Source: Erysipelothrix larvae
GTDB lineage: Bacteria; Bacillota_I; Bacilli_A; Erysipelotrichales; Erysipelotrichaceae
NCBI RefSeq assembly: GCF_001545095.1
Contig: NZ_CP013213.1
Coordinates: 360,001 to 392,000, forward strand
Direction: 5' to 3'
DNA length: 32,000 nucleotides
This document shows positions 9,527 through 18,166 of the stretch, piece after piece; position 1 is the first letter of the stretch, and every line of letters starts with the position of its first letter. Position numbers and translations under genes: made by a program. The notes under the pieces were generated by a model. It was not told where the DNA came from and did not search any database. It saw nothing but the letters and a program-made list of their open reading frames with translations.

Positions 9527-9559
9527 AAAGCACTCCTCTCAAATAAACTTAATGAAATG

Positions 9560-9588
9560 ATAATAACAGAATAAAAAGGGTATTGTAA
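9560..9588 (-). promoter_or_regulatory. Candidate sigma-A-type promoter for glnA (type III)
   Basis: On the minus strand: TTACAA (9588-9583), 17 nt, then TGtTATTAT (-10 at 9565-9560), about 35 nt upstream of the ATG. Confidence 0.4.
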
Positions 9589-9870
9589 ATATAAAAAATG
9601 AAAAAAACAATTATTTTTTTGATACTTAGTATCCTTTTGTTTGGGGTGGATGGACCCTCAACCGTTTATAAAAAGGCAATCCATATACAAATCGCTAATT
9701 GTGTTATAAACATCCTATGTATCACTGTCATAAAATAGTTTATGGGTAGGGAATGGATTGTTTCAATTCCTGGATGTCAAGTGGGGATGGTGAGTGTGCG
9801 TGGGGAAGAAGCACAAAAAAAAGTTGATCCTTTATCATGAATTCAATCATGTTAAGAACCAACGTTTATC

Positions 9871-10119
9871 TTAGATTTCTTGAAATTCTTCTTCCGCAAG
9901 AATTACGCCTGTAACTTCTGGAATTTCATCCATTAATAAGGCTTCAACACCGCCCTTTAATGTGAAATCAACCAAGCCACAACCGACACAAGCTCCCAGT
10001 AAGCGGACCTTTACCAGTCCATTTTCATCAACACTCACAAACTCGATATCGCCCCCATCATATTGGATGTATGGACGGATACGACTTATGGTATGTACAA
10101 TCTTTGATTCTAAATCCAT
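9871..10119 (-). CDS. NifU-like (Nfu-type) Fe-S cluster carrier domain protein
   Basis: The sequence [15 protein letters not shown]...GACVGCG...TLKGGVE matches the Nfu/NifU C-terminal domain. An alternative GTG start at 10128 directly follows the upstream stop. Confidence 0.8.
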   Translation of the reverse strand: MDLESKIVHTISRIRPYIQYDGGDIEFVSVDENGLVKVRLLGACVGCGLVDFTLKGGVEALLMDEIPEVTGVILAEEEFQEI

Positions 10120-10128
10120 CAGTATCAC

Positions 10129-10584
10129 CTACCTAAAAAAGTATAACGCAGTTGCGACAATAAATCCAAGGACAAGCCCACCAATCACTTCAACCCATTT
10201 GTGGCCCAGTACGGTTTTCACACGTTCTTGATAGACGGGGTCAGTCAGTTTGTGTTTGGTTAACACTTCAAAGTCATTGATTAATTGTTTTGTCATGCGT
10301 ATGTTTTGGCCTGCATAATAGCGTACATTCGCAGCATCGTATACGACAATAAGCATGAGGCAAAATGCGATGTAGAAGAAGGTTGATGTAAAGCCTTCAC
10401 TATATCCGATTGCAAATGCAAGTCCTACAACTAATGCAGTGTGCGAGCTTGGAAATCCGCCACTTTCAAGTGCCATTTTAAAATCCCAATTTCCGGTCTT
10501 TATATAGTGAAAAATCGGTTTTAAAAGTTGTGCAACGATGTTCGCGACGATTGCGCATAAAAGCGGATAAAATTCGTTAAACAC
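10129..10584 (-). CDS. Divergent PAP2 / YuiD-family membrane protein
   Basis: The GGFPSSHTALVVG motif and the 150-aa four-TM architecture are typical of the acid-phosphatase/vanadium-haloperoxidase-related YuiD family. Confidence 0.8.
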   Translation of the reverse strand: MFNEFYPLLCAIVANIVAQLLKPIFHYIKTGNWDFKMALESGGFPSSHTALVVGLAFAIGYSEGFTSTFFYIAFCLMLIVVYDAANVRYYAGQNIRMTKQLINDFEVLTKHKLTDPVYQERVKTVLGHKWVEVIGGLVLGFIVATALYFFR

Positions 10585-10604
10585 TGTATCACCTCACATG
10601 AAAA

Positions 10605-10636
10605 ATTATACCACATCTTTTGTTATGTGGTATAAT
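10605..10636. promoter_or_regulatory. Perfect 12-bp inverted repeat with an 8-nt spacer, forming mirrored extended -10 boxes in the divergent intergenic region
   Basis: The arms are ATTATACCACAT (10605-10616) and ATGTGGTATAAT (10625-10636). Each arm reads TGgTATAAT toward one of the two divergent genes. Confidence 0.45.
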
Positions 10637-10660
10637 AACAATTGGAAATAAGGAGAATTC

Positions 10661-12301
10661 ATGAAGCGGCAATATAAGAACGGACAAATCATAGAAGGTA
10701 CGATTACTGGAATACAAGCCTATGGGGCTTTTGTACAAGTCGATGAAGATACAACGGGGCTCATCCATATCTCTGAGATATCGGATGATTTTGTGCGTAA
10801 TATTCGTCAATTTGTATCACGTGGTGAGACCATCATCGCTAAAGTTCTTGATGTGGATAAACAAACGGGTCAGTTGCGTTTATCTTTAAAAGCGATGAAT
10901 TATTCGCGACGTAGAGAACGTGTGAAGTTACCTGAAAAAAGACCGTTGGTTCCAGAAATGAAAATCGGATTTGAAACGTTAAGAGAAAGTTTGCCCCTGT
11001 GGATTAAAGCAAAGGAGACCCCTATGGTAAAAGTAGATTTAAGTCATGCGAAATTGAATGAAGATGTCCTCAGTTATCAATCTGAAGTATCACGCATTCA
11101 CAGAATGATTCATGATAAAACTGGTAAAGGTTCAGATTATGTTGGGTGGGTAGACTGGGCAAATACCTACGATAAAGAAGAGTTTGCACGTATTTTAGAT
11201 TGTGCAAAACGCATCCAAGATCAAGCGGAAGTATTGTTAGTATGTGGTATCGGTGGATCTTATCTAGGTGCACGTGCTGCAATTGATATGATGACAAACC
11301 CTTATGGTAAAAAAGATTTAGAAATCATTTATGTTGGGAATACATTCTCTTCAACTGCTGTTGTGCGTATTCTTGATTACATTAAGGACAAAGAGGTTGC
11401 ATGTAATGTAATTTCTAAGTCAGGGACGACAACTGAAACTGCACTTGCATTCAGATTGATTCGTCAATTTATGGAAGAAAAATATGGTGAAACAGAAGCA
11501 GCACGTCGTATCTATGCAACAACTGATGCGAAAAATGGGCTTCTTAAGCCACTTGCAGATAAGAAAGGGTACGAAACCTTTGTCATTCCTGATGATATCG
11601 GGGGTCGTTTCTCAGTAATTACGCCAGTTGGCTTACTCCCAATTGCGGCTGCAGGCATTGATATTAATGCCCTTATGGATGGGGTTAAAGATGCAACGCA
11701 TGACTATAATACCGATGACCTTACCACAAATGCTGCCTATGTATATGGTGTAACACGCCGTATCTTAGAAAAACAAGGCAAGTCTGTAGAAATGTTTGTA
11801 AGTTATGAACCACATTTGGTATTCTTAGCTGAATGGTGGAAGCAATTGTTTGGTGAATCTGAAGGGAAAGAAGATAAGGGATTACTTCCTGCAAGTGTGA
11901 ACTTCTCAACAGACCTTCACTCAATGGGTCAATTTGTACAAGAAGGCACAAAGAATCTCTTTGAAACGGTCATTCGTGTTGTGAATCCGATTGAGGATAT
12001 GGTATTCCCAAGTGATGAAGGGGACTTAGACCAATTGAATTACCTCGAAGGCAAGAGCTTGAACTGGGTAAATGAAAAAGCGTTTGAAGGAACACTTGAA
12101 GCGCATGAAATTACCGGAAATGTTCCAAATGTGATCATTGAAATTGAAAAAGTCGATGCATATACCTTTGGGTATCTTGTTTATTTCTTCTTCAAAGCAT
12201 TAGCAATGTCTGTATACATGTTGGATGTGAATCCATTTGACCAACCGGGTGTTGAAGTATACAAACGCAATATGTTTAGACTCTTAGGTAAAACAAAATA
12301 A
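10661..12301 (+). CDS. pgi: S1 RNA-binding domain (YugI/CvfD-like) fused in frame to glucose-6-phosphate isomerase
   Basis: This is a single uninterrupted 546-codon ORF. Residues 1-~120 form an S1 domain plus tail (GAFVQVDEDTTGLIHISEISD...). From residue 122 (MVKVDLSHAKL...) there is a full-length firmicute-type Pgi (GIGGSYLGARAA, ISKSGTTTET, WWKQLFGESEGK). Confidence 0.85.
   Translation: MKRQYKNGQIIEGTITGIQAYGAFVQVDEDTTGLIHISEISDDFVRNIRQFVSRGETIIAKVLDVDKQTGQLRLSLKAMNYSRRRERVKLPEKRPLVPEMKIGFETLRESLPLWIKAKETPMVKVDLSHAKLNEDVLSYQSEVSRIHRMIHDKTGKGSDYVGWVDWANTYDKEEFARILDCAKRIQDQAEVLLVCGIGGSYLGARAAIDMMTNPYGKKDLEIIYVGNTFSSTAVVRILDYIKDKEVACNVISKSGTTTETALAFRLIRQFMEEKYGETEAARRIYATTDAKNGLLKPLADKKGYETFVIPDDIGGRFSVITPVGLLPIAAAGIDINALMDGVKDATHDYNTDDLTTNAAYVYGVTRRILEKQGKSVEMFVSYEPHLVFLAEWWKQLFGESEGKEDKGLLPASVNFSTDLHSMGQFVQEGTKNLFETVIRVVNPIEDMVFPSDEGDLDQLNYLEGKSLNWVNEKAFEGTLEAHEITGNVPNVIIEIEKVDAYTFGYLVYFFFKALAMSVYMLDVNPFDQPGVEVYKRNMFRLLGKTK
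11011..11026 (+). promoter_or_regulatory. Internal Shine-Dalgarno plus ATG at the canonical Pgi N-terminus
   Basis: AAAGGAG (11011-11017) is followed by 6 nt and then ATG 11024. The downstream peptide aligns with the normal start of stand-alone Pgi. Confidence 0.5.
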
Positions 12302-12310
12302 ATTAAAAAC

Positions 12311-12343
12311 AGCCGTTATCACATGAGAATTGTGACAACGGCT
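12311..12343. terminator. Bidirectional rho-independent terminator between pgi and msrA
   Basis: A 13-bp stem with one mismatch (AGCCGTTATCACA / TGTGACAACGGCT) is flanked by AAAAA on one side and TTTT on the other. Confidence 0.75.
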
Positions 12344-12354
12344 TTTGTGTATGA

Positions 12355-12867
12355 TTATTTCAGTTCTTCAGGTTTCAATTTACTAAAATCTACATGACAA
12401 TAGCCATGTGGGTTTTTCACAAGATACAGTTGATGGTCGGTGGGTGCATCATAAAAATTACGGAGCATTTCTACTTCCACAACCACGGGTTTGTTGTAGG
12501 ATGCTCGTTTTGAATCCACAAAGTCTTGAAGCACTTTGAGGTCTTCTGTATTAGAAGGGTATAATCCAGTGCGGTATTGTGTCCCAATATCGCCCCCTTG
12601 TTTGTTGAGAGATGTTGGATCAATGATTCTGAAAATATGGTCAGCGATGTCACTTAGGGATAGGATGCTTGGATCATAGGTAAGCACGACCGCTTCTGCA
12701 TGGTCAGTTTGTCCTGTGCAGACTTCCTCATAGGTTGGGTTTTCAACGGTGCCTTGGGCAAACCCTGCTTTGGTGTCGATGATGCCTTTGAGTCGACGGA
12801 AGTATTCTTCCACACCCCAGTAACAACCCCCAGCGACAACGATTGTTTTTGTGTTAGTTGATGTCAT
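12355..12867 (-). CDS. msrA: Peptide-methionine (S)-S-oxide reductase
   Basis: The active-site motif GGCYWGVEEYF is near the N-terminus, and the 170-aa length fits. Confidence 0.9.
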   Translation of the reverse strand: MTSTNTKTIVVAGGCYWGVEEYFRRLKGIIDTKAGFAQGTVENPTYEEVCTGQTDHAEAVVLTYDPSILSLSDIADHIFRIIDPTSLNKQGGDIGTQYRTGLYPSNTEDLKVLQDFVDSKRASYNKPVVVEVEMLRNFYDAPTDHQLYLVKNPHGYCHVDFSKLKPEELK

Positions 12868-12953
12868 AATTTTTTGCCTCCATGGAAGTATATCATATCA
12901 CGAAAAACTACGGGTTTCATGTGTTAAACTATAAGAAGAGAGGATGAGGTGCT

Positions 12954-14675
12954 TTGATATTATTTAAGTATTTCAAACAGTTTAAGAAATTTGGAATCTT
13001 ATCTGTTTTATGTATTGCACTGGAAAGTGCGTTTGAACTTGCAATTCCAATGATTATGGCCGATATTATCGACATAGGGATTGCGAACCAGGATGTAGGT
13101 GTCATTTACCGACAAGGGGCATTAATGATCATGTGTGCGCTGATTTCCCTTGTGTTAGGGTATTTATATGCCCACTATTCATCACGTTTTGCCTTTAATG
13201 TTGGGAATCAATTGCGTATTGATGTGTTTAAGAAAATTCAAACGTTTTCATTTCAAAATTTGGATGGGTTTTCCAATGCATCCCTAATAACTCGTTTAAC
13301 CTCAGACATTAACATCATTCAAAGTTCAATTAACAATGGGATACGCCCGATGTTTAGAGCCCCTGTGATGCTTGTGATGTCGATTGTGTTTGCCTTTATG
13401 ATGGACCGTAATTTATCCCTTGTGTTTTTAATTGCCGCACCTATTCTTGCGACCTTCTTAGTGATGATTGTGAAACGCATTGAACCACGTTTTAAGATGC
13501 TTCAAGAAGCGGTGGATCGTGTGAATGAAATTGTTCAAGAAAACTTAGTGGGAATTCGTGTTGTGAAGGCCTATGTGCGCGAAGATACTGAAGCCAAAAA
13601 GTTTGAAGCAGTGAATGATTATGTACGGGATACAGGGATTAATACCTATCGGGTAGCAACCCTGAATTTACCACTCTTTCAGAGTGTGATGTATTGTACA
13701 ATTCTTGCGATAATTTGGTTTGGTGGCAATCGAATCTTTGCGGATCAAATGCAAATTGGTGCTTTAACGGGGATCTTAAGTTATGTGCTTCAAGTTTTAA
13801 ATTCATTAATGATGCTTTCTAATGTATTCTTATTAATTACCCGTTCACTCACATCGGTTGAACGGATTGAGGAAGTGATTGTGGAGCCGGTTGAATTGGA
13901 TGAAAATGAAGGTGGGCTGCGATCACTGAAAGATGGTTCCATTGTCTTTAGACATGTTACCTTTAAGTATTCTAAAGAATCACAAGAACCGGTACTGCAT
14001 GATATTTCATTTTGGATCTCATCGGGGTCAATGGTTGGTATCATGGGAACAACGGGTTCATCTAAGAGTTCTTTAGTTCAACTGATATTACGACTTTATG
14101 ATGTCAGTGATGGTGAAGTAATTGTTGGGGGTCATAATGTGTGTGATTATGACTTAAGACATTTACGGGAAGAACTTGCGATTGTGCTTCAGAAAAACAC
14201 CTTGTTTTCAGGCACAATTCTTGAAAACTTACGATGGGGTAAGAAAGATGCAACCCTTGATGAAGTGATTGAAGCATGTAAGATTGCATGTTGCCATGAT
14301 TTCATTGATGCCTTGAGTGATGGGTATAATTCCCGTGTTGAACAAGGCGGTGCAAACTTCTCAGGTGGACAAAAACAACGGCTTTGTATTGCAAGAGCCC
14401 TTCTAAAAAATCCAAAAATCTTAATTCTTGATGATTCAACCAGTGCCCTTGACCGTCAAACGGAACAACGTATTTGGGAGGGGTTGAAATCGAGTTATCC
14501 AGATACCACAAAAATCATTATCGCTCAACGGGTTTCATCCGTGATTGATACCGATCAAATCATCATTCTTGATGGTGGTGAAATTCATGCGGCAGGAGAT
14601 CATGAAGCACTTATGGTGCTTGATCCATTGTATCGTGAGATTTACCAATCCCAACAAGAGGGGGTGTTGGCATGA
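12954..14675 (+). CDS. ABC exporter permease/ATPase subunit with a degenerate nucleotide-binding site
   Basis: A six-TM domain is followed by an NBD. Walker A is GTTGSSKS, the signature is FSGGQ, Walker B is ILILDD (Asp in place of the catalytic Glu) and the switch loop is IIAQR (Gln for His). The start is TTG 12954, preceded by GAGGATGAGG. Confidence 0.9.
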   Translation: MILFKYFKQFKKFGILSVLCIALESAFELAIPMIMADIIDIGIANQDVGVIYRQGALMIMCALISLVLGYLYAHYSSRFAFNVGNQLRIDVFKKIQTFSFQNLDGFSNASLITRLTSDINIIQSSINNGIRPMFRAPVMLVMSIVFAFMMDRNLSLVFLIAAPILATFLVMIVKRIEPRFKMLQEAVDRVNEIVQENLVGIRVVKAYVREDTEAKKFEAVNDYVRDTGINTYRVATLNLPLFQSVMYCTILAIIWFGGNRIFADQMQIGALTGILSYVLQVLNSLMMLSNVFLLITRSLTSVERIEEVIVEPVELDENEGGLRSLKDGSIVFRHVTFKYSKESQEPVLHDISFWISSGSMVGIMGTTGSSKSSLVQLILRLYDVSDGEVIVGGHNVCDYDLRHLREELAIVLQKNTLFSGTILENLRWGKKDATLDEVIEACKIACCHDFIDALSDGYNSRVEQGGANFSGGQKQRLCIARALLKNPKILILDDSTSALDRQTEQRIWEGLKSSYPDTTKIIIAQRVSSVIDTDQIIILDGGEIHAAGDHEALMVLDPLYREIYQSQQEGVLA

Positions 14676-16450
14676 GTGTAAAACGCCCGCAACAAACAAA
14701 ATCCGCTTTATCGCGTTTGATTCAATACTTGGGCGATTATAAGTGGACCGTCATGCTCGTAGCGATTTTAGTAGTCATCAGCAGTTTAGCCAATGTGTTT
14801 GGAACCTTCATGTTGAAACCAATCATTAATGACACCATTGCGATGCATGATTTGGAAGGATTACTGCGAAAGCTTCTTATTTTAGGAACCATTTATTTCT
14901 GTGGGGCATCGGCTTCATTAACCTATACGCAACTTATGGTACGTGTCTCACAACGGGTGATTGCGAACATTCGACGTGACCTATTTGAACACATGGAAAA
15001 ACTGTCCATTCGGTACTTTGATACGCATACCCATGGTGAAATGATGAGTAGTTTTACCAATGATATTGATACAGTAGCCGATGCGCTTAACAGTTCATTT
15101 ACGATGTTGATTCAAAGTCTAACGGTTACAATTGGGACAATGATTATGATTGTGGTCTTGAGTTGGCAATTGTCCATCGTTGTCTTTGCAGCACTGTTTT
15201 TGATGGTGTTATATGTTCGTTATAACTCAGGAAAAAGTCGGGAATATTTCCGGAAACAACAACTCTCATTAGCAAATCTCAATGGGTATATTGAAGAAAT
15301 CATCGAAGGTCAAAAGGTAGCAAAAGTGTTTAATCATGAGCACGAAGATCTTAAAACCTTTACTAAAGAGAGTGAAAAAGTAAGGGATAGTGCCATTGCA
15401 GCAGCAACCTATTCAGGACGTTTAGTTCCAATGATTGTGAGCATTTCCTATATAAATTACTCAATGTCTGCGGTAATGGGTGCACTCTTTACCTTAAGTG
15501 GACTTTTGGATGTGGGATCCCTGACTGCCTATCTTGTGTATGTGCGTCAAAGTGCCATGCCATTAAACCAACTTACGGGTCAAATTAACATGATTCTGAT
15601 TGCACTTGCAGGTGCTGAGAGAATCTTCAATATCTTGGAAATTCAACCAGAAAATGATGAAGGAACGATTACTTCTGACACCCATTCATGGCATCATAAG
15701 GGTCAAGATTTCCCAATTCATGGGGATGTAGTCTTTGATCATGTGTCCTTTGGGTATAACTCAAACAAATTAATTCTTAAAGATTTATCCTTTAATGCTA
15801 AGTCAGGTCAAAAGATTGCATTAGTCGGTTCAACAGGTGCAGGTAAAACCACCATTATTAACCTATTGAGTCGGTTCTATGATGTCAGTAAGGGATCGAT
15901 TCTTATTGATGGTCTTAATATTAAAGATATTGTGAAACATGATCTGCGTAAGGAAATGGCGATGGTAACCCAAGATACCCACTTGTTCTCAGGAACTATT
16001 ATGGATAACATTCGTTATGGGAATCTTGAAGCCAGTGATGAAATGGTAATTGAAGCCGCAAAACTTGCGAATGCGGATTCGTTCATACGCCGTCTTCCAC
16101 AAGGATATCAAACAAAGATTCGTGGTAAAGCAGATAATCTCTCACAAGGACAACGGCAGTTGTTGTCGATTGCACGTGCTGCAGTCTCTAATCCACACAT
16201 TCTCATCCTTGATGAAGCAACATCATCCATTGATACACGAACCGAACGATTGATTGAACGGGGGATGGATGCTTTGATGCAAGGCCGAACAACCTTCGTG
16301 ATTGCCCACCGTCTCTCAACGGTAAGAAATGCCGATTCAATACTCGTCTTAGAATATGGTGAAATCATTGAACGCGGTCCGCATGATGAACTTTTGGCTC
16401 AAAAGGGTCGGTACTATCAGTTGTATCATGGACTTGCGAAGTTGAGCTAA
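14672..16450 (+). CDS. ABC exporter permease/ATPase subunit with a consensus NBD (partner of the upstream gene)
   Basis: Walker A is GSTGAGKTT, Walker B is ILILDEATS and the H-loop is IAHRLS, but the signature is LSQGQ. There is an ATGA overlap with the upstream gene. Confidence 0.9.
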   Translation: MSVKRPQQTKSALSRLIQYLGDYKWTVMLVAILVVISSLANVFGTFMLKPIINDTIAMHDLEGLLRKLLILGTIYFCGASASLTYTQLMVRVSQRVIANIRRDLFEHMEKLSIRYFDTHTHGEMMSSFTNDIDTVADALNSSFTMLIQSLTVTIGTMIMIVVLSWQLSIVVFAALFLMVLYVRYNSGKSREYFRKQQLSLANLNGYIEEIIEGQKVAKVFNHEHEDLKTFTKESEKVRDSAIAAATYSGRLVPMIVSISYINYSMSAVMGALFTLSGLLDVGSLTAYLVYVRQSAMPLNQLTGQINMILIALAGAERIFNILEIQPENDEGTITSDTHSWHHKGQDFPIHGDVVFDHVSFGYNSNKLILKDLSFNAKSGQKIALVGSTGAGKTTIINLLSRFYDVSKGSILIDGLNIKDIVKHDLRKEMAMVTQDTHLFSGTIMDNIRYGNLEASDEMVIEAAKLANADSFIRRLPQGYQTKIRGKADNLSQGQRQLLSIARAAVSNPHILILDEATSSIDTRTERLIERGMDALMQGRTTFVIAHRLSTVRNADSILVLEYGEIIERGPHDELLAQKGRYYQLYHGLAKLS

Positions 16451-16473
16451 TAAACATAAGGTATTACACATTG

Positions 16474-16522
16474 AACCAAACAAATCCATACTAATAAAGT
16501 GTGGAAGTGTTTGGTTTTTTTC
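16474..16522 (+). terminator. Terminator after the ABC exporter operon
   Basis: The stem AACCAAACA / TGTTTGGTT encloses an internal sub-helix and is followed by a T-run of seven. Confidence 0.6.
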
Positions 16523-16767
16523 TTCTACTATGTTTGTGCAGGGACCCTTGGGTGTTCATAATCGAAAGAACTAAAGATCAAATGATGAAATCATCGGTTT
16601 GATTCGATGCTTTACACATAAATCTGCATCTTAATTACAATAAGGGTGAAGGTTTCAATTCAGCGATCAAAACACATGTCACTTATGATTATATTATGAC
16701 TATATATTCTTTTGATTATAGATTTAAGTACAACTAACGTACAATAAGAATATAGGGGGTGGTATGT

Positions 16768-17862
16768 GTGAAACTGTTAATGTTTACAAACACTGTGTTT
16801 AAAATCGGAGGCGTAGCGCGTGTTGTGACATCCCTTGCGAATGAATGGGTAAATTACTATGACGTGACGATCGTGAACACGCATCCTGGCTATTCACCGG
16901 AGCGAAAATTGTATAAAATTGATCCGCGTATAAAGATACATCACGACCCTGAGCTTTACATTCATGATCAAAACTTTCGCTTAACACAAGCGTCAAAAAA
17001 CAAACTGCATGCTTATCTTAAGCATGAAGCCTTTGATGTAATCATTGGGGTGGAAGGGAAGCAATCCATTGCCCTTGCTGATGCATTAGAAGGCATTGAT
17101 GCTCGGAAAATATCGTGGTTTCATAATTCGTATGAAGGATATTTTGAGAATAAGGGGCGGTTTTTGTGGAAGAAAAATGACCGTTTCAAACAGGCCATGG
17201 GAGCTTACGATCATTTAATTGTTTTAACACATCATGATAAGAAACGATTTGATGAAGCGTTTAACCTTGAATCAACGGTTATTCTAAATCCAATGCCCTT
17301 TAGAGGAAGTAAGAGTACACCCGTTTTCGATTACAAACGAATTCTTACAGTGGGACGAATTAAACAGCCAACCAAAGGGCTTGATTTGGCGGTTGAAGCA
17401 CTGATTCCAGTGTTTAAAAAACATCCAGATTGGACGTGGCATGTTGTAGGTAATGGCCCCGATACGATTGCGATTGAAACGATGGTTAGAAATTTAGGCA
17501 TTGAACGTCATGTCGTCTTCTATGGTGCGCATAGACATGTGAAAACATTCTATAAACATGCAAGTATCTTTTTGTTGCCTTCAAGGTGGGAAGGGCTTCC
17601 TATGGTTTCGTTGGAAGCAATGAGTTATGGACTTCCAATTGTGGGGTATGATATTGATGCACTTAAGGAAGTAGTAGGCAGTGCGTTACAAAAAGAAGTC
17701 TTGGCCCCGCAATGTTCAATTGAGGGACTTACTGAAAAGGTTTTGAGTCTTGTTGAGGATGAAGCGCACTGGAATTATGTTTCCAAACTTATTCAGCAAC
17801 GTTCAAATCATTTCTCATTTGAGCGTGTGATGTTTGAGTGGGATTGTTTATTTAAAGATTAG
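16768..17862 (+). CDS. Glycosyltransferase family 4 (GT-B fold)
   Basis: The C-terminal EGLPMVSLEAMSYGLPIVGYD motif (E-x7-E type) is present. I prefer GTG 16768 (reading MKLLMFTN...), 8 nt after AGGGGG. The ORF is also open from GTG 16759. Confidence 0.85.
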   Translation: MKLLMFTNTVFKIGGVARVVTSLANEWVNYYDVTIVNTHPGYSPERKLYKIDPRIKIHHDPELYIHDQNFRLTQASKNKLHAYLKHEAFDVIIGVEGKQSIALADALEGIDARKISWFHNSYEGYFENKGRFLWKKNDRFKQAMGAYDHLIVLTHHDKKRFDEAFNLESTVILNPMPFRGSKSTPVFDYKRILTVGRIKQPTKGLDLAVEALIPVFKKHPDWTWHVVGNGPDTIAIETMVRNLGIERHVVFYGAHRHVKTFYKHASIFLLPSRWEGLPMVSLEAMSYGLPIVGYDIDALKEVVGSALQKEVLAPQCSIEGLTEKVLSLVEDEAHWNYVSKLIQQRSNHFSFERVMFEWDCLFKD

Positions 17863-17868
17863 ATAACG

Positions 17869-17901
17869 ATACCAAGACTTAATATAGGTCTTGGTATTTT
17901 T
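17869..17901 (+). terminator. Rho-independent terminator of the glycosyltransferase gene
   Basis: A 10-bp perfect stem (ATACCAAGAC / GTCTTGGTAT) with a 9-nt loop is followed by TTTTT. Confidence 0.8.
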
Positions 17902-18082
17902 GTGTTAAAAATAATTTATATCAACGATTGAGTCATTACACTGTGAAGTAACGGACGATTGATCGAAATCAAGCAGGTTTATCCATAAAAAGTGTTGATT
18001 CCTTCTTTTTTAATCCTTAGATATACGCTAAGCATCAATACAAATGAGTTGGATTTGTTTTGACGAACTTAGAATCGGTGGA

Positions 18083-18111
18083 TTGTCTCAATTCTTACCG
18101 CAAGTTATAAT
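18083..18111 (+). promoter_or_regulatory. Candidate promoter of the alcohol dehydrogenase gene
   Basis: TTGTCT (18083-18088), 17 nt, then TATAAT (18106-18111), about 55 nt upstream of ATG 18167. Confidence 0.45.
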
Positions 18112-18166
18112 GGTTATAACAATATGAACTATGCTGTGAGTGGTCATATTTAAGGAGGAAGATGAT

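Noticed and set aside
9527-9870. I searched for a GlnR/TnrA operator (TGTNA-N7-TNACA) or a glutamine riboswitch upstream of glnA.
   Set aside because: No instance of the operator pattern is visible by eye on either strand. The glnA RNA motif is not expected in this lineage, and no matching structure is visible.
10589-10810. A 73-aa minus-strand ORF spans the divergent promoter region and the 5' end of the S1-pgi ORF.
   Set aside because: It would overlap the palindromic promoter region and the S1-domain coding sequence on the opposite strand. It has no SD and no recognisable fold.
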